Shown here: in pieces, positions 10,545 to 20,451 of the stretch | Layout of the letters: the number at the start of each line of letters is the position of its first letter | How positions within the stretch are numbered: the stretch's first letter is position 1 | NCBI GenBank assembly: GCA_025453395.1 | Contig: JALOQK010000006.1 | Span: 22,539 to 86,538, forward strand | DNA length: 64,000 nucleotides | Source: Candidatus Omnitrophota bacterium | GTDB lineage: Bacteria; Omnitrophota; Gorgyraeia; Gygaellales; Profunditerraquicolaceae | Direction of reading: 5' to 3' | The notes under the pieces: model-generated | Databases searched by the model: none | Seen by the model: the letters and a program-made list of their open reading frames with translations, nothing else | Told to the model about the DNA's origin: nothing | Program-made: the position numbers and the translations under genes

Positions 10545-11468
10545 TTATTGAAGATTCGCGTAATAATTATACGCCTTTAAAGCAACCTCAGCAATAAGCC
10601 TTTTGGCTTCTTTGGCAGGGCCAGAATGTTTTACCAAGACGCTGATCAAAAAATCTCCGTATGGCGTAAAAACTATCCCTACGTCATGGCAGACATTTCT
10701 TTCTAATCCGGTTTTATGCGCCACTTTAACATCAGAAGGAAGCCGCGCGGGAATACGGTCATTTATTTTCTGGCGAGCCAATAACTGAAGCGATTGCCTG
10801 GAGACAGCCTCATTAATAAGCCTTCTTCTGTACATTAGTTCCAAAATGCGCGCCATATCATAAGCGGTAGTATAATTTTCTATGCCTCTTCTTCTTTTAC
10901 TAAAATCCATCATCTTGCGTGAAATATTAGTCCCGGATAAACCGATGCTTTTAAAATAACTATCCAAATAATCCATGCCCAGCTTATCAATAATAATGTT
11001 GCTTGCGGTATTATCGCTTTGGGTGATCATATATTCCATTAACTGCCAAAAATTATAAGAAGAGCCATTGGGCATCTGCTTTAACGCTCCGGAACCGTTT
11101 GTCTTGAATCTGCCCTCAAGCGTGATTTTTTCTTCAGGGTTGACCTTGCCCTGCTGTATGGCCTGAAAACAAGCGGCCATAATCGGGACCTTAACCAAGC
11201 TTGCCGAAGCGAAATTATGATCGGCATTAACGCTTATTACCCAATTATATTCTAAATCCTTAATAAATACCCCTTCTTTGCCGTTAAATCGGCGCAATGA
11301 ATCTTGGATATCAGATTCTAGCCTGTTCCATGCCTTTTGCCTTAATATCAAAACCTGCTTAACCCTGCAAGCTTCCCGATATTGTTGATAATAATATACG
11401 GAACAAACCAAGAACAAAGCCGACATCAAACAGAAAACAATGAGGATATTTCTTTGTAATCTCTTCAT
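10545..11468 (-). CDS. class A beta-lactamase-related serine hydrolase
   Basis: S-x-x-K (SASLVK), SDN (SDNTASN) and KTG (HKTGLERN) motifs appear in the canonical order and spacing, after an N-terminal signal/anchor. Confidence 0.65.
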   Translation of the reverse strand: MKRLQRNILIVFCLMSALFLVCSVYYYQQYREACRVKQVLILRQKAWNRLESDIQDSLRRFNGKEGVFIKDLEYNWVISVNADHNFASASLVKVPIMAACFQAIQQGKVNPEEKITLEGRFKTNGSGALKQMPNGSSYNFWQLMEYMITQSDNTASNIIIDKLGMDYLDSYFKSIGLSGTNISRKMMDFSKRRRGIENYTTAYDMARILELMYRRRLINEAVSRQSLQLLARQKINDRIPARLPSDVKVAHKTGLERNVCHDVGIVFTPYGDFLISVLVKHSGPAKEAKRLIAEVALKAYNYYANLQ

Positions 11469-11500
11469 AACTTTATCTTTTTATTTTTGTTGCGGGTTTA

Positions 11501-12283
11501 TTATTGTATTTGCCTTTTAAACTCTCGCCAAGGAAAATAATTTCCCGGACATTCAGTCCGGGCGCCAGGGACCTGACGATGCCCCAGGATATTGCGGTAA
11601 GGGATATTGTAATAGCGCTTCAAGGTGTTAACTAAATACACCAAAGAAGCAAGCTGCTCGGATGAAACCTTCTCTCTGCTGAAGTTGCCTACTAAACAAA
11701 TGCCGATCCCCCGCGAATTCATATTGTTGGCGCGGCAATGCGCCCCATCCTGCTGTTTGATCCAGCGGGGCGCAACTTCAATCTGCCCGTTTTTCTTGCC
11801 ATAGGTGCCGTTGTCAATAACAAAATGATACCCTAAACCGGCAAAACCTCTTTTGTTGTGGATATTGTTTAAAGAAAGCGCGTTTCCAGAATCCGTGGCG
11901 CTGTGATGCACAATAATATAATGCCATTTATGCGAAGGATATAGCGGGACAACCGGCCTGATGGCTCTTGGAAGAGGAATATACAGACGGGCCCCCACAG
12001 CCAAACCTTGCGCGGACTCAATATTGTTGGCGCGCATAATCTCTGATACTGAGGCGCCGTACATTTTACTGATCCGCCACAGGGTTTCCCCTGGCGCTAC
12101 AACATGAAATAACGCGCCTGTCCCCTGCGGTATAGCAGTAGGCAAAGAAACAAAATTTCCTCCGGGCCCAATAGGAGAATTATTTCTTACCGGAACAGCC
12201 GCGCAGGAAGACAATAAAACCGCGCAAATTAATAAAACAATAAGCCTCATATTATCCGATCGCCTCAACTGCCGCCACAACAA
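11501..12283 (-). CDS. LysM domain-containing N-acetylmuramoyl-L-alanine amidase (Amidase_2/PGRP type)
   Basis: Signal peptide. LysM segment HVVAPGETLWRISKMYGASVSEIMRANNI. Amidase_2 segment IVHHSATDS...GYHFVID...AHC...GIGICLVGNF carrying the zinc ligands. Confidence 0.75.
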   Translation of the reverse strand: MLWRQLRRSDNMRLIVLLICAVLLSSCAAVPVRNNSPIGPGGNFVSLPTAIPQGTGALFHVVAPGETLWRISKMYGASVSEIMRANNIESAQGLAVGARLYIPLPRAIRPVVPLYPSHKWHYIIVHHSATDSGNALSLNNIHNKRGFAGLGYHFVIDNGTYGKKNGQIEVAPRWIKQQDGAHCRANNMNSRGIGICLVGNFSREKVSSEQLASLVYLVNTLKRYYNIPYRNILGHRQVPGARTECPGNYFPWREFKRQIQ

Positions 12284-13277
12284 GCTCTATTGCGCAATTG
12301 ACATCCTTTAAACTAAAAACCGCGGAAGGCGCATGCACATAACGCGTTGGAACGCTTAAGACGCCAGTTACCACGCCTTCCCTGTTCATATAGATCATTG
12401 CCCCGTCGGTCATGCCTGCATCTAAAATAGACATTTGGTATTTAATATTTTTATCTTTAGCGGTGTTTACCAAAAGCTCTTTCATTTTCTCGCTGACAAT
12501 AATCCCTCTTCCAGAGGCCTCAATCAAAGTAATCGCCACACCTTCTCCCAATTTAAGCTCTGTCTCGTTTTCTTTGACCTGCGGGGTATCTCCAGCGATA
12601 GTTGTATCTATGGCAATAGCATAATCCGGGTCAATCCTGAATGAAGAGGTGCGCGCGCCTTTTAAACCGACTTCTTCCTGCGCGGTAGCTACAGCATAAA
12701 CCTGGCAACGCGGATTAATCCTCTCAAAAGCCTTAAGAAGAATATAGCAACCCACGCGATCATCAACTGCTTTCCCGTAATAAATATCTTCCCCTAAACA
12801 TCCGCAGTTAGGCTCAAAGATGATCTGATCCCCCAAACTAACTTTGCCTAAAGCATCATCTTTATTCTTAGCGCCGATATCTATAAACATATCCTCATGC
12901 TTCAGAGGGGATTTCTTTTCTTCTTCCTTCTGTAAATGCGCAGGGCGCGTGCCGATAATACCTGTGATATCGCCCTTTTTGGACTTAATAACCACTCTCT
13001 GCCCGGGCAAGATCCGGTCGTCAAATCCGCCGATCTTAATAAAATAAATAAATCCTGAATTATCTATATACTTTGCCATCAACCCTATCTCGTCCATATG
13101 CGCGGCCAACATGATCTTTGTCTTACCGCTTCCTTTAACCGCGATCACATTGCCGAAATTATCAATTTGTACGTTTTGAGAGCTTTTCTTAAAATATTCC
13201 TGCATAAGCAAAGAGACTTCTTTTTCGCATCCAGAAACTCCTGATGCGCTTAATAATTTTGCTAATAACTGATCCAT
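12252..13277 (-). CDS. M42 family metallopeptidase (glutamyl aminopeptidase/FrvX-like)
   Basis: HMDEIGLM, the DDRVGC metal-binding motif and an overall M42 layout at 341 aa. Confidence 0.8.
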   Translation of the reverse strand: MDQLLAKLLSASGVSGCEKEVSLLMQEYFKKSSQNVQIDNFGNVIAVKGSGKTKIMLAAHMDEIGLMAKYIDNSGFIYFIKIGGFDDRILPGQRVVIKSKKGDITGIIGTRPAHLQKEEEKKSPLKHEDMFIDIGAKNKDDALGKVSLGDQIIFEPNCGCLGEDIYYGKAVDDRVGCYILLKAFERINPRCQVYAVATAQEEVGLKGARTSSFRIDPDYAIAIDTTIAGDTPQVKENETELKLGEGVAITLIEASGRGIIVSEKMKELLVNTAKDKNIKYQMSILDAGMTDGAMIYMNREGVVTGVLSVPTRYVHAPSAVFSLKDVNCAIELVVAAVEAIG

Positions 13278-13291
13278 ATATCTTATCCCTC

Positions 13292-14329
13292 CTATATCTT
13301 AGCGATTCTCTCTGCGATATCTAAAATCAACTTTTCAGAATCCTTCCAGCCCAAACACGGATCCGTAATAGATTGGCCCTTTACTTTTCCAGCCGGGCTT
13401 TGAGAGCCTTCTTCAAGGTAACTCTCGATCATCAAGCCCTTAATGATATCCCTTAAAGAAGATGAATTTTGCATGCTATGCAAAACCTGCTTGGCGATAC
13501 GCGGCTGCTCACGAAAATCTTTACCGGAATTAGCATGGTTGGTATCTATGATCATCCCCGGATTAACAAGCCCTCTTTTACGGTAAGCTTCTGCTACTTG
13601 CATCAAACTTTCATAATGATAATTGGGGATGTTCTGGCCGTACTGGTTCACTGCCCCCCGCAATATGCAATGCGCGAATGGATTACCGGCAGTTTTTACC
13701 TCCCAGCCGTTATAGATAAAGATGTGCGGCTTTTGCGCGGCGTAAACTGAATTTAACATTACCCCGATATCCCCGCTTGTGGGATTTTTCATGCCTGCCG
13801 GTATATCCAGCCCGCTGACGGTCAGGCGGTGCTCTTGATTCTCCACAGAACGCGCTCCAATAGCCACATAGCTTAAAAGGTCTTCCAAATAAGGGTAATT
13901 ACCCGGATAAAGCATCTCATCGGCAGAGCTTAAACCCGTATGATCTAAAACATGCATATGCATCTGGCGAATGGCTTTTATGCCTTCAACAATATTGGGC
14001 TGATCGCAAGGATCCGGCTGATGCACCATGCCTTTGTACCCTTCGGCAGTGGTGCGCGGTTTATTCGTGTAAATACGCGGCACCAACACAAGCACGTGCT
14101 TAACTTTTTCCTGCACCAAAGACAAACGCAGGGCATATTCATAAATAGCATCTTTATCATCGGCAGAACAAGGCCCGATAATCAAAAGAAATTTCTTAGA
14201 ATCTTTTCTAAAAATATCTTTTATTGTTTTATCACGCTTTTCTTTAAGAGAAGCCAACCGCGACGGCAAAGGCATCTGCTTAAGAATGTCTTGGGGCTTT
14301 GGTATTTTTCTTAAATTAGTGAAACTCAT
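13292..14329 (-). CDS. aroG: 3-deoxy-7-phosphoheptulonate (DAHP) synthase, class I
   Basis: KDSKKFLLIIGPCSADDKDAIYEYALRL, VPRIYTNKPRT and KGQSITDPCLGW are conserved AroF/G/H blocks. The longest ORF starts at 14431 with a K/R-rich leader and overlaps purH by 44 nt, so I favour the start at M35 (14329). Confidence 0.8.
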   Translation of the reverse strand: MSFTNLRKIPKPQDILKQMPLPSRLASLKEKRDKTIKDIFRKDSKKFLLIIGPCSADDKDAIYEYALRLSLVQEKVKHVLVLVPRIYTNKPRTTAEGYKGMVHQPDPCDQPNIVEGIKAIRQMHMHVLDHTGLSSADEMLYPGNYPYLEDLLSYVAIGARSVENQEHRLTVSGLDIPAGMKNPTSGDIGVMLNSVYAAQKPHIFIYNGWEVKTAGNPFAHCILRGAVNQYGQNIPNYHYESLMQVAEAYRKRGLVNPGMIIDTNHANSGKDFREQPRIAKQVLHSMQNSSSLRDIIKGLMIESYLEEGSQSPAGKVKGQSITDPCLGWKDSEKLILDIAERIAKI

Positions 14330-14387
14330 CTTACGTCTTCTGCCTTTCTTCTTTAAACCTTCATCTTTCTTCCCGGGCCTTTTTTCA

Positions 14388-15908
14388 TTAATGCCGGCAA
14401 AATCCCCGGAACTCTTTGGGGATAAAGCCAACTTGTATTCTATTATCTATAAAATATTTTTCAACTAAATTCTCCCGTTTTCCCCCTTCCGGGACAACTC
14501 CTGCTAAAACACCGCTTTTACAAAGAAGCTGCACAGCATCCAGAAACGGGAAAAAGGCGTCAGCGGCAAAAACCGCCCTCCTGGGATTATGGGCGTTTGA
14601 AGAAGCCCTGGCTAAAGCAATGCTGGCGGCATCAAAAGTAGAAGGCCCTCCTCCTATAGACAGAAGCGCTGCGTCCTTGGCCAGGGCGACTTCGTTACCT
14701 CCTAAGTTAGAGGTATAGCAAGCGGCCCAGGCAATGGCTATATCAATAACCCGACGGTAATCTTTTAGCGGCACCACCCAGCGTAAAGAATGCAAATCTA
14801 AAATATAGTCCGCATAAGGTTGAGACAAAAACCCGCAACGCACCATGCGAAGAGACTGCTTGTGATGGCGCAAAAAAGGCTCTCTCAACGAAGGATTGAT
14901 AAAAATTTTTCTATTAGTATTCGCAGAAAGAACCTCTAAGGCCGCAGGATTTATTTGCGGGCAGGCGATCAAATCAAGCATCCAGCTTCCCGAGCCGTAT
15001 TCTTTTTTTCTATGCAGGCTGTTTTTCATAACCTTTGCCAGATCAGGGGTGATAGTGAAATTAACGATAAGCTCCCCTCCCCAGATCGCCCTGGGGTTAC
15101 CCCACAAGGCGCAGGCAAGCGCCTTTAACGGATCATTTCTGCTTACCCCTATCCCGCAGGGATTGCCATGTTTAGCAGCAACGCAAATAAAAGGTTTCTC
15201 CACGGAATTTAGCACTAAACAGCTATAAAGCCTGGAAATAGTCTCAAGGATAGCATCAAAATCCGCCAGATTAGTAAAACAGGGGCTTTCTCCATGGATT
15301 TGTTTAAAAGCGCCTAAGCCTAAAGGGTCATGATCCGCGATAGAATATAAATATGCCGGCGACTGATACGGGTTTTCTCCGTTTGAAAGCTGGTATTTCT
15401 TTACCCCTTGGAGCACCTGCACGTCTTCACTGTTGTTAACTATCTTCAGATAATGCGCGCTTATGGCAAGATTGGCTTGCACCTGCAGTTCATGCACAAC
15501 ATCATGCGGGACTTTGCCTTTTTTCTCTAATAAGGAAACTACCCTTTCCATGTCCGAAAGATGCATTACGGGAATTCTATTTCCTTTAACCGCCAAGGCC
15601 AACAACGCTAACCCCCCAACATCATTACCCGCGCTCAAACTGTAAGGGATATCATAAACTAAATCTATGCGCTGGTCAGAATCCTGGGTGAGCGCTTTTT
15701 CGATTAAAGGATGCAGTGTCGCCGGAAAATTAAGATCGTATCTAAAATCAACAAAATCCTCAACCTGAACAACCGGTATTTTCTTGGATCTTAAGAAATC
15801 ACAGGCATCCTTAGTGGAGACAATCTCCCAGCCGGCCCTGGAAAGCCGCAGAGATAAATCCTCTAATCCAGGGTGGACATTCACAGAAATAAGGGCGCGT
15901 TTTCTCAT
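14388..15908 (-). CDS. purH: bifunctional AICAR formyltransferase / IMP cyclohydrolase
   Basis: AICARFT core CVAAKHGNPCGIGV, the C-terminal FAADAFFPF...VVPEGGKRE...FRGFCRH and the N-terminal MGS-like ALISVN segment match PurH. Confidence 0.8.
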   Translation of the reverse strand: MRKRALISVNVHPGLEDLSLRLSRAGWEIVSTKDACDFLRSKKIPVVQVEDFVDFRYDLNFPATLHPLIEKALTQDSDQRIDLVYDIPYSLSAGNDVGGLALLALAVKGNRIPVMHLSDMERVVSLLEKKGKVPHDVVHELQVQANLAISAHYLKIVNNSEDVQVLQGVKKYQLSNGENPYQSPAYLYSIADHDPLGLGAFKQIHGESPCFTNLADFDAILETISRLYSCLVLNSVEKPFICVAAKHGNPCGIGVSRNDPLKALACALWGNPRAIWGGELIVNFTITPDLAKVMKNSLHRKKEYGSGSWMLDLIACPQINPAALEVLSANTNRKIFINPSLREPFLRHHKQSLRMVRCGFLSQPYADYILDLHSLRWVVPLKDYRRVIDIAIAWAACYTSNLGGNEVALAKDAALLSIGGGPSTFDAASIALARASSNAHNPRRAVFAADAFFPFLDAVQLLCKSGVLAGVVPEGGKRENLVEKYFIDNRIQVGFIPKEFRGFCRH

Positions 15909-15914
15909 TAGAGT

Positions 15915-17645
15915 TTACTTGTGTTTTTTCTTTTTATAAATATGCTGCTGGGCAAAAAGTTCCTGAAGCGCCTGCCAAATTTCATGCTGGCTATCGGCAG
16001 CCAAGAATTTCTTGCGGTTATTCTGATCGGACATAACACGCGCGATAATGCCTAATATCTGGACCTGCGCTTCGTCATCCTGCTTTGGAGTCAGGATAAG
16101 AAAAATAAACTTTGCAGGATTACCGTCTGGAGAATTCCATTCAATCCCGGATTTTGCCCGGCCGAGGATGACTCTTGAGTGCATCAAAAAATTAATCCGC
16201 GCGTGCGGAAGAGCGATGCCCTCTTCTATTGCGGTGCCCATCATGTTTTCTCTTGCTAAAACAGGCGCATATATCCTTTCAGCATCAGGCATGTTGCCCT
16301 GCTCTGATGCAAGAGAACATAATTCGTATATGGCGCTGTCCCGGTCTTTGGCTTTCATATCAAGGATAATTTCTTTATGGGAAAAACACTCCATCACGCT
16401 TATTTTCTTTCTTAACATAAGCGAATACTTTAAGAGCGGGCCCAATAAAGTTGCTGAAGTCACCCCGCTTGCCACAATTGCCACAAACATCTGCTCAGTA
16501 ATAAGATTATACTGCAAGGCTAAAATGCCAATAACAATCTCCATGGAGCCTCCGGGAGTATGCGCTACCGCCACAGAAAGCCGATTAGCCCGGGAAAGCT
16601 TGGTAAAAATAACCCCGATCCATGCCCCGATAAATTTGCCGAAGAAACTTACAAAGGTGATAAAAATAATTAACTTAAGATTAAAGTTATGCAAGAAATC
16701 AATATTCAGACCAATGCTGGCAAAGAAAAGCGGGACAAAAATAGCATAGACCATCTGGGAGATCACCTGACGGGTGCGCTCAGGAAGCGCCTTTGCTTCT
16801 CCCGCCATTACCCCGGCGGCAAAAAATCCCAGCATCGCGCTTATGCCTATTCTCTGAAACAGCGCCCCGCAGAAAAAACCGGCCAAACAAAGAAAAGTAA
16901 GCGAACTTGCCGGTTCGGGCATTTCAGACTTCTTGATAAAATTAATCACCTTCTCAGATAAGCGCCTGCCGTAACTTAAACAAAAAACCACCAGGATTAT
17001 AGCCGACGCCAAAACCATAACAAGCTTAATAAGATGCACATTGGTGTTAGTAAAGACAGCTAACACCAGCGTAAAAATAACCCAACCGATTATTTCATTG
17101 ACCGATAAGGCCGACATAATCAAATATCCCAAATCAGTCTTAGAGATATTTAAATCATTTAGAGCCCTGATTGTCACAGGCATGGCGCTTATGGTCATAA
17201 CTGTAGCCATAAAAAGGGCAAATATTATTCTTTGGGACGGATCAACCAGGAAGCTATCAGGTATAAAAAGGCTTAAAACAAAACCCATGAACATCGGGAA
17301 AATAATATCGCTTGAGGCTATTTTTAAGGCATTGCCGCGATGGCGCCAGGCAGCGGAAAAATCCATGCCTAATCCGGTCTCAAGAAGAAAAAACAAAAGG
17401 CCCATCAAAGCGACAGTCTCAAGCATATAAAGCTGCGCCGGATCCTGCGGAAAAACAAAATTATATGCCTTAGGAAAAAACCTTCCGAAAACTGTCGGCC
17501 CGAATAAAATCCCCACGAGTATCTCTGCAGTTAAAGTTGGCTGCTTAAACCTGCGGAAAATCTCGCCTAATAGCCTGGCAAAACCTAAAAGCAAGAAAAC
17601 CTGCAGCAAAAAGATAAAAATATTGTCCTGAGCGAACATGATCAT
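15915..17645 (-). CDS. cation:proton antiporter (CPA2/Kef-type) fused to C-terminal PTS EIIA(Fru/Ntr)-type regulatory domain
   Basis: The N-terminal ~400 aa form a polytopic Na+/H+-exchanger-like membrane domain. The C-terminal ~150 aa carry the PTS_EIIA_2 signature, including GIALPHARIN with the phosphorylatable His. Confidence 0.75.
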   Translation of the reverse strand: MIMFAQDNIFIFLLQVFLLLGFARLLGEIFRRFKQPTLTAEILVGILFGPTVFGRFFPKAYNFVFPQDPAQLYMLETVALMGLLFFLLETGLGMDFSAAWRHRGNALKIASSDIIFPMFMGFVLSLFIPDSFLVDPSQRIIFALFMATVMTISAMPVTIRALNDLNISKTDLGYLIMSALSVNEIIGWVIFTLVLAVFTNTNVHLIKLVMVLASAIILVVFCLSYGRRLSEKVINFIKKSEMPEPASSLTFLCLAGFFCGALFQRIGISAMLGFFAAGVMAGEAKALPERTRQVISQMVYAIFVPLFFASIGLNIDFLHNFNLKLIIFITFVSFFGKFIGAWIGVIFTKLSRANRLSVAVAHTPGGSMEIVIGILALQYNLITEQMFVAIVASGVTSATLLGPLLKYSLMLRKKISVMECFSHKEIILDMKAKDRDSAIYELCSLASEQGNMPDAERIYAPVLARENMMGTAIEEGIALPHARINFLMHSRVILGRAKSGIEWNSPDGNPAKFIFLILTPKQDDEAQVQILGIIARVMSDQNNRKKFLAADSQHEIWQALQELFAQQHIYKKKKHK

Positions 17646-17668
17646 GCAAAACTCCTTTTCTATCTATT

Positions 17669-19135
17669 TTAACGCGGAACAAGCCTCATCAATTCTTCTT
17701 TTAAAAGATGTTTCCTGATCGCGCAATCCTGATGCCAATTCTCATTCAAAAGCACAAACTGCCTTTGCAGAAAGAAATTATTCTGTATAAAGTTAAATAA
17801 AACGCGGCAGGGATCATAAGAAAGCCCGGATGAGACAAGATACAGGGGCCTGCCGCTTTGATAATGTTTACGAAGCTGCGATAAAAAATCTGTCCACTTA
17901 TTTACGTCACAATCAGAAGGAGGCACCAGTGCTTCTCTTTTAGTGTAATACTTCAGGAATATCCATTCATCCTGGGTAATAATCAAGCTGTTGGGCTGGG
18001 TAAAAGCTTCAATATTCTTGGCAAAATCCACCTGATAGGCATGCAGGTGCCTTTGCCACAAAAGAGGATATATGTATAAAAACATGGGGATAATAAATAA
18101 AAATGTTAGCGCCCCTGAAAGAAAAAGCCTCTCCCGAGATAAATAAGCGATCCCCCGCGCGGCGTAATAAAAAAGAAAAAACACAGGCACAATAAGGTAA
18201 CGCGGGGTGTCCGCTTCACGGTTAACCACATAGACAAAAGGCACTAAAAACGCTATAAAGAAAAACAGATTTAATTTAAGATTTTCTTTTTTCATCCACA
18301 AATAAAGCCCTACCAGGCAGGCTAATATGCTAACACGCAAAGTCTGGCCCAACATCACAAACCCTTGGGCAATGTGCGCGAAGGTAAATTCCCAGACGAT
18401 TAAAAATTGATCCGGTTTCTTAATAAAAAAACGCTGGACTATTTCCGGCATAATAAAATTATCTACCCACCCCTTCCTTGCAGCTAAAAGGCTTATAAGC
18501 GCCCACAGCCCTAAGGAAAACAATGAAAATAAAAACACGCAGCGCAAGGCATAAAGGATATTCTCCCGTTTCTGAATAATAAGCCAAAAAAGCATAGCCG
18601 GAATAACAAGGGCGCATTCGCCCCGGGAAGCAATGGCTAAACCAGCGAAAATAGAAGATTTTATCCATGACAACTCAAATAAATAAAACAGGCAGATTGG
18701 CAGCAGCAACGAAGCCAAAGCATGATCGATCCTGCCAAATGTAGTTACGGAAAGAAAAGCGGGATAAAAAGAAAACAAAAGAAAAAGGGCAAAACTGGAA
18801 GCATCCCCTATTCTCTTCCTAAATAATAAATAGCCTAACATCTGGCCCAATGACGAAAATAAAACCGTAACGAACATCAATAGATTCAGGTCATCAAGGT
18901 TTTTCAAAAAAAGGGATTTAATCCAGGAAAGAAATATCACAAAAACAGAGGCCAACGGCATATAAATACCATGCTCGCTGATAGAATGTTCCCGCATTTG
19001 GATCAAAAAATCCACGGTATCGTAATGGAACGGCCCCTTGCTTAAAAGAAGCCATCTTACCCAAAAAGACACAGCAAAAATAAAAAGCCCATAATAAATA
19101 ACCCTGCTTGAGGAAGCTTTGTCGCGGTTTTGCAT
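17669..19135 (-). CDS. polytopic membrane protein with C-terminal soluble domain, putative GT-C-type glycosyltransferase
   Basis: About 12 TM helices and a ~120-aa hydrophilic C-terminus. No diagnostic motif found, so the call rests on architecture only. Confidence 0.3.
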   Translation of the reverse strand: MQNRDKASSSRVIYYGLFIFAVSFWVRWLLLSKGPFHYDTVDFLIQMREHSISEHGIYMPLASVFVIFLSWIKSLFLKNLDDLNLLMFVTVLFSSLGQMLGYLLFRKRIGDASSFALFLLFSFYPAFLSVTTFGRIDHALASLLLPICLFYLFELSWIKSSIFAGLAIASRGECALVIPAMLFWLIIQKRENILYALRCVFLFSLFSLGLWALISLLAARKGWVDNFIMPEIVQRFFIKKPDQFLIVWEFTFAHIAQGFVMLGQTLRVSILACLVGLYLWMKKENLKLNLFFFIAFLVPFVYVVNREADTPRYLIVPVFFLFYYAARGIAYLSRERLFLSGALTFLFIIPMFLYIYPLLWQRHLHAYQVDFAKNIEAFTQPNSLIITQDEWIFLKYYTKREALVPPSDCDVNKWTDFLSQLRKHYQSGRPLYLVSSGLSYDPCRVLFNFIQNNFFLQRQFVLLNENWHQDCAIRKHLLKEELMRLVPR

Positions 19136-19175
19136 TCTTATGAATTAAGCTATTTTTATAATTGGTATTTCGGTA

Positions 19176-19646
19176 TTATCTTGATATCCCGGTAATTTTA
19201 TATTGTAAAACTCCCGCGGGAACCTTGATCTGCACTACCTGGCCTATTTTATGGTTTAACAATGCCGAACCTACAGGAGAAGAAACGGAAATCTTATTCA
19301 GATTGTAATCGGCCTCTGCCTCAGAAACAAGCATGTATTCCAACTCTTCTTCGGTGTCTAGATCCTTTAATTTCACGGTTGCCCCAATCAACACTTCATC
19401 CTTGGGGATATTAGTATTATCTAAAATACGCGCACAGCTTAACTTTTCCTCGATCTGGGAAATTCTTAACTCATTATGCGCTTGGGCGTCTTTGGCTGCA
19501 TCGTATTCAGCATTCTCACTTATATCTCCTTGGGCACGCGCCTCACCAATCGCCTTAGATAATTCCCTGCGCTTCACAGTCTTTAGCTTCTCTAACTCTT
19601 CTTCTAATTTCTGATAACCTTCTTTAGTAAGATAAATTGGTTCCAT
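19176..19646 (-). CDS. greA: transcription elongation factor GreA
   Basis: MEPIYLTKEGYQKLEEELEKLK...RELSKAIGEARAQGDISENAEYDAAKDAQ is a coiled-coil N-domain with the acidic tip DISENAEYD, followed by an FKBP-like C-domain. Confidence 0.9.
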   Translation of the reverse strand: MEPIYLTKEGYQKLEEELEKLKTVKRRELSKAIGEARAQGDISENAEYDAAKDAQAHNELRISQIEEKLSCARILDNTNIPKDEVLIGATVKLKDLDTEEELEYMLVSEAEADYNLNKISVSSPVGSALLNHKIGQVVQIKVPAGVLQYKITGISR

Positions 19647-19662
19647 TGTTTCTCCTTTGATA

Positions 19663-20442
19663 TTACATGTTTATCAAATCTTTTAAATCTACTGCCGGAT
19701 TACGATAACGCTTCTTTCCAATGGTACTTTTACCGTATTGTATGGCTTCCACGGGGCACCACTGCAAACAAGCCATGCATTGCTGGCATTGCCCCAGCCA
19801 CTTAGGTTTACCCTGTTGAAGTTGTATGTTCTTAACCGGACAAACCTTAACGCAGGTACCGCAATGATTACATTTATCCTCTGCCCAAAAGCCTTTATCC
19901 ATTTTAGGGATCTTAGGAGAAGCTACTTTATATAAAAATGAAAAAAGAAATCTTAAAGCGCCCATGTCCTTTTCAACCGGCAAAATCTTTCGGTCTTTTA
20001 TCAAAGAGGAGATCTCCTTTACTCTTTTATCGGCTTTAACAAACATCTCATCCTGTTCGTCCTGTTTTATTGCCCCATAAAGAGCAGTATAATTACCGGG
20101 CATTCTTATTAAGAAAGCAGAAGATAATTCAAGGTTTCGTTTCTCAAATAAATTCTTGCACATACCTAAGGCATTACCAGCCTTCCCGCCATAAGTAGCA
20201 ACTGCAAAAATATATGAACCCTTAGTCACTTCTAGCCTATCAATAAAATCCCTAACTAATAGAGGCAAACCAAACATATACACCGGAAATACTATCCCTA
20301 TACAGGACGAACTTACGCTTACAATATCTTCCCGGAAAGTTGCGATAGGGCAAAGTTGAGTATCGCCTAATTCCTTGGCTAAACTGCGGGCGACTTCCAA
20401 AGAATTTCCTGTGCCGGTAAAATAAAAAATCATGTTATTCAT
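19663..20442 (-). CDS. flavodoxin-like domain protein with C-terminal 4Fe-4S ferredoxin domain
   Basis: N-terminal FYFTGTGNS flavodoxin/FMN-binding loop. C-terminal CNHCGTCVKVCPV and CQQCMACLQWCP are Cys clusters. Confidence 0.6.
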   Translation of the reverse strand: MNNMIFYFTGTGNSLEVARSLAKELGDTQLCPIATFREDIVSVSSSCIGIVFPVYMFGLPLLVRDFIDRLEVTKGSYIFAVATYGGKAGNALGMCKNLFEKRNLELSSAFLIRMPGNYTALYGAIKQDEQDEMFVKADKRVKEISSLIKDRKILPVEKDMGALRFLFSFLYKVASPKIPKMDKGFWAEDKCNHCGTCVKVCPVKNIQLQQGKPKWLGQCQQCMACLQWCPVEAIQYGKSTIGKKRYRNPAVDLKDLINM

Positions 20443-20451
20443 CTAGACCCC

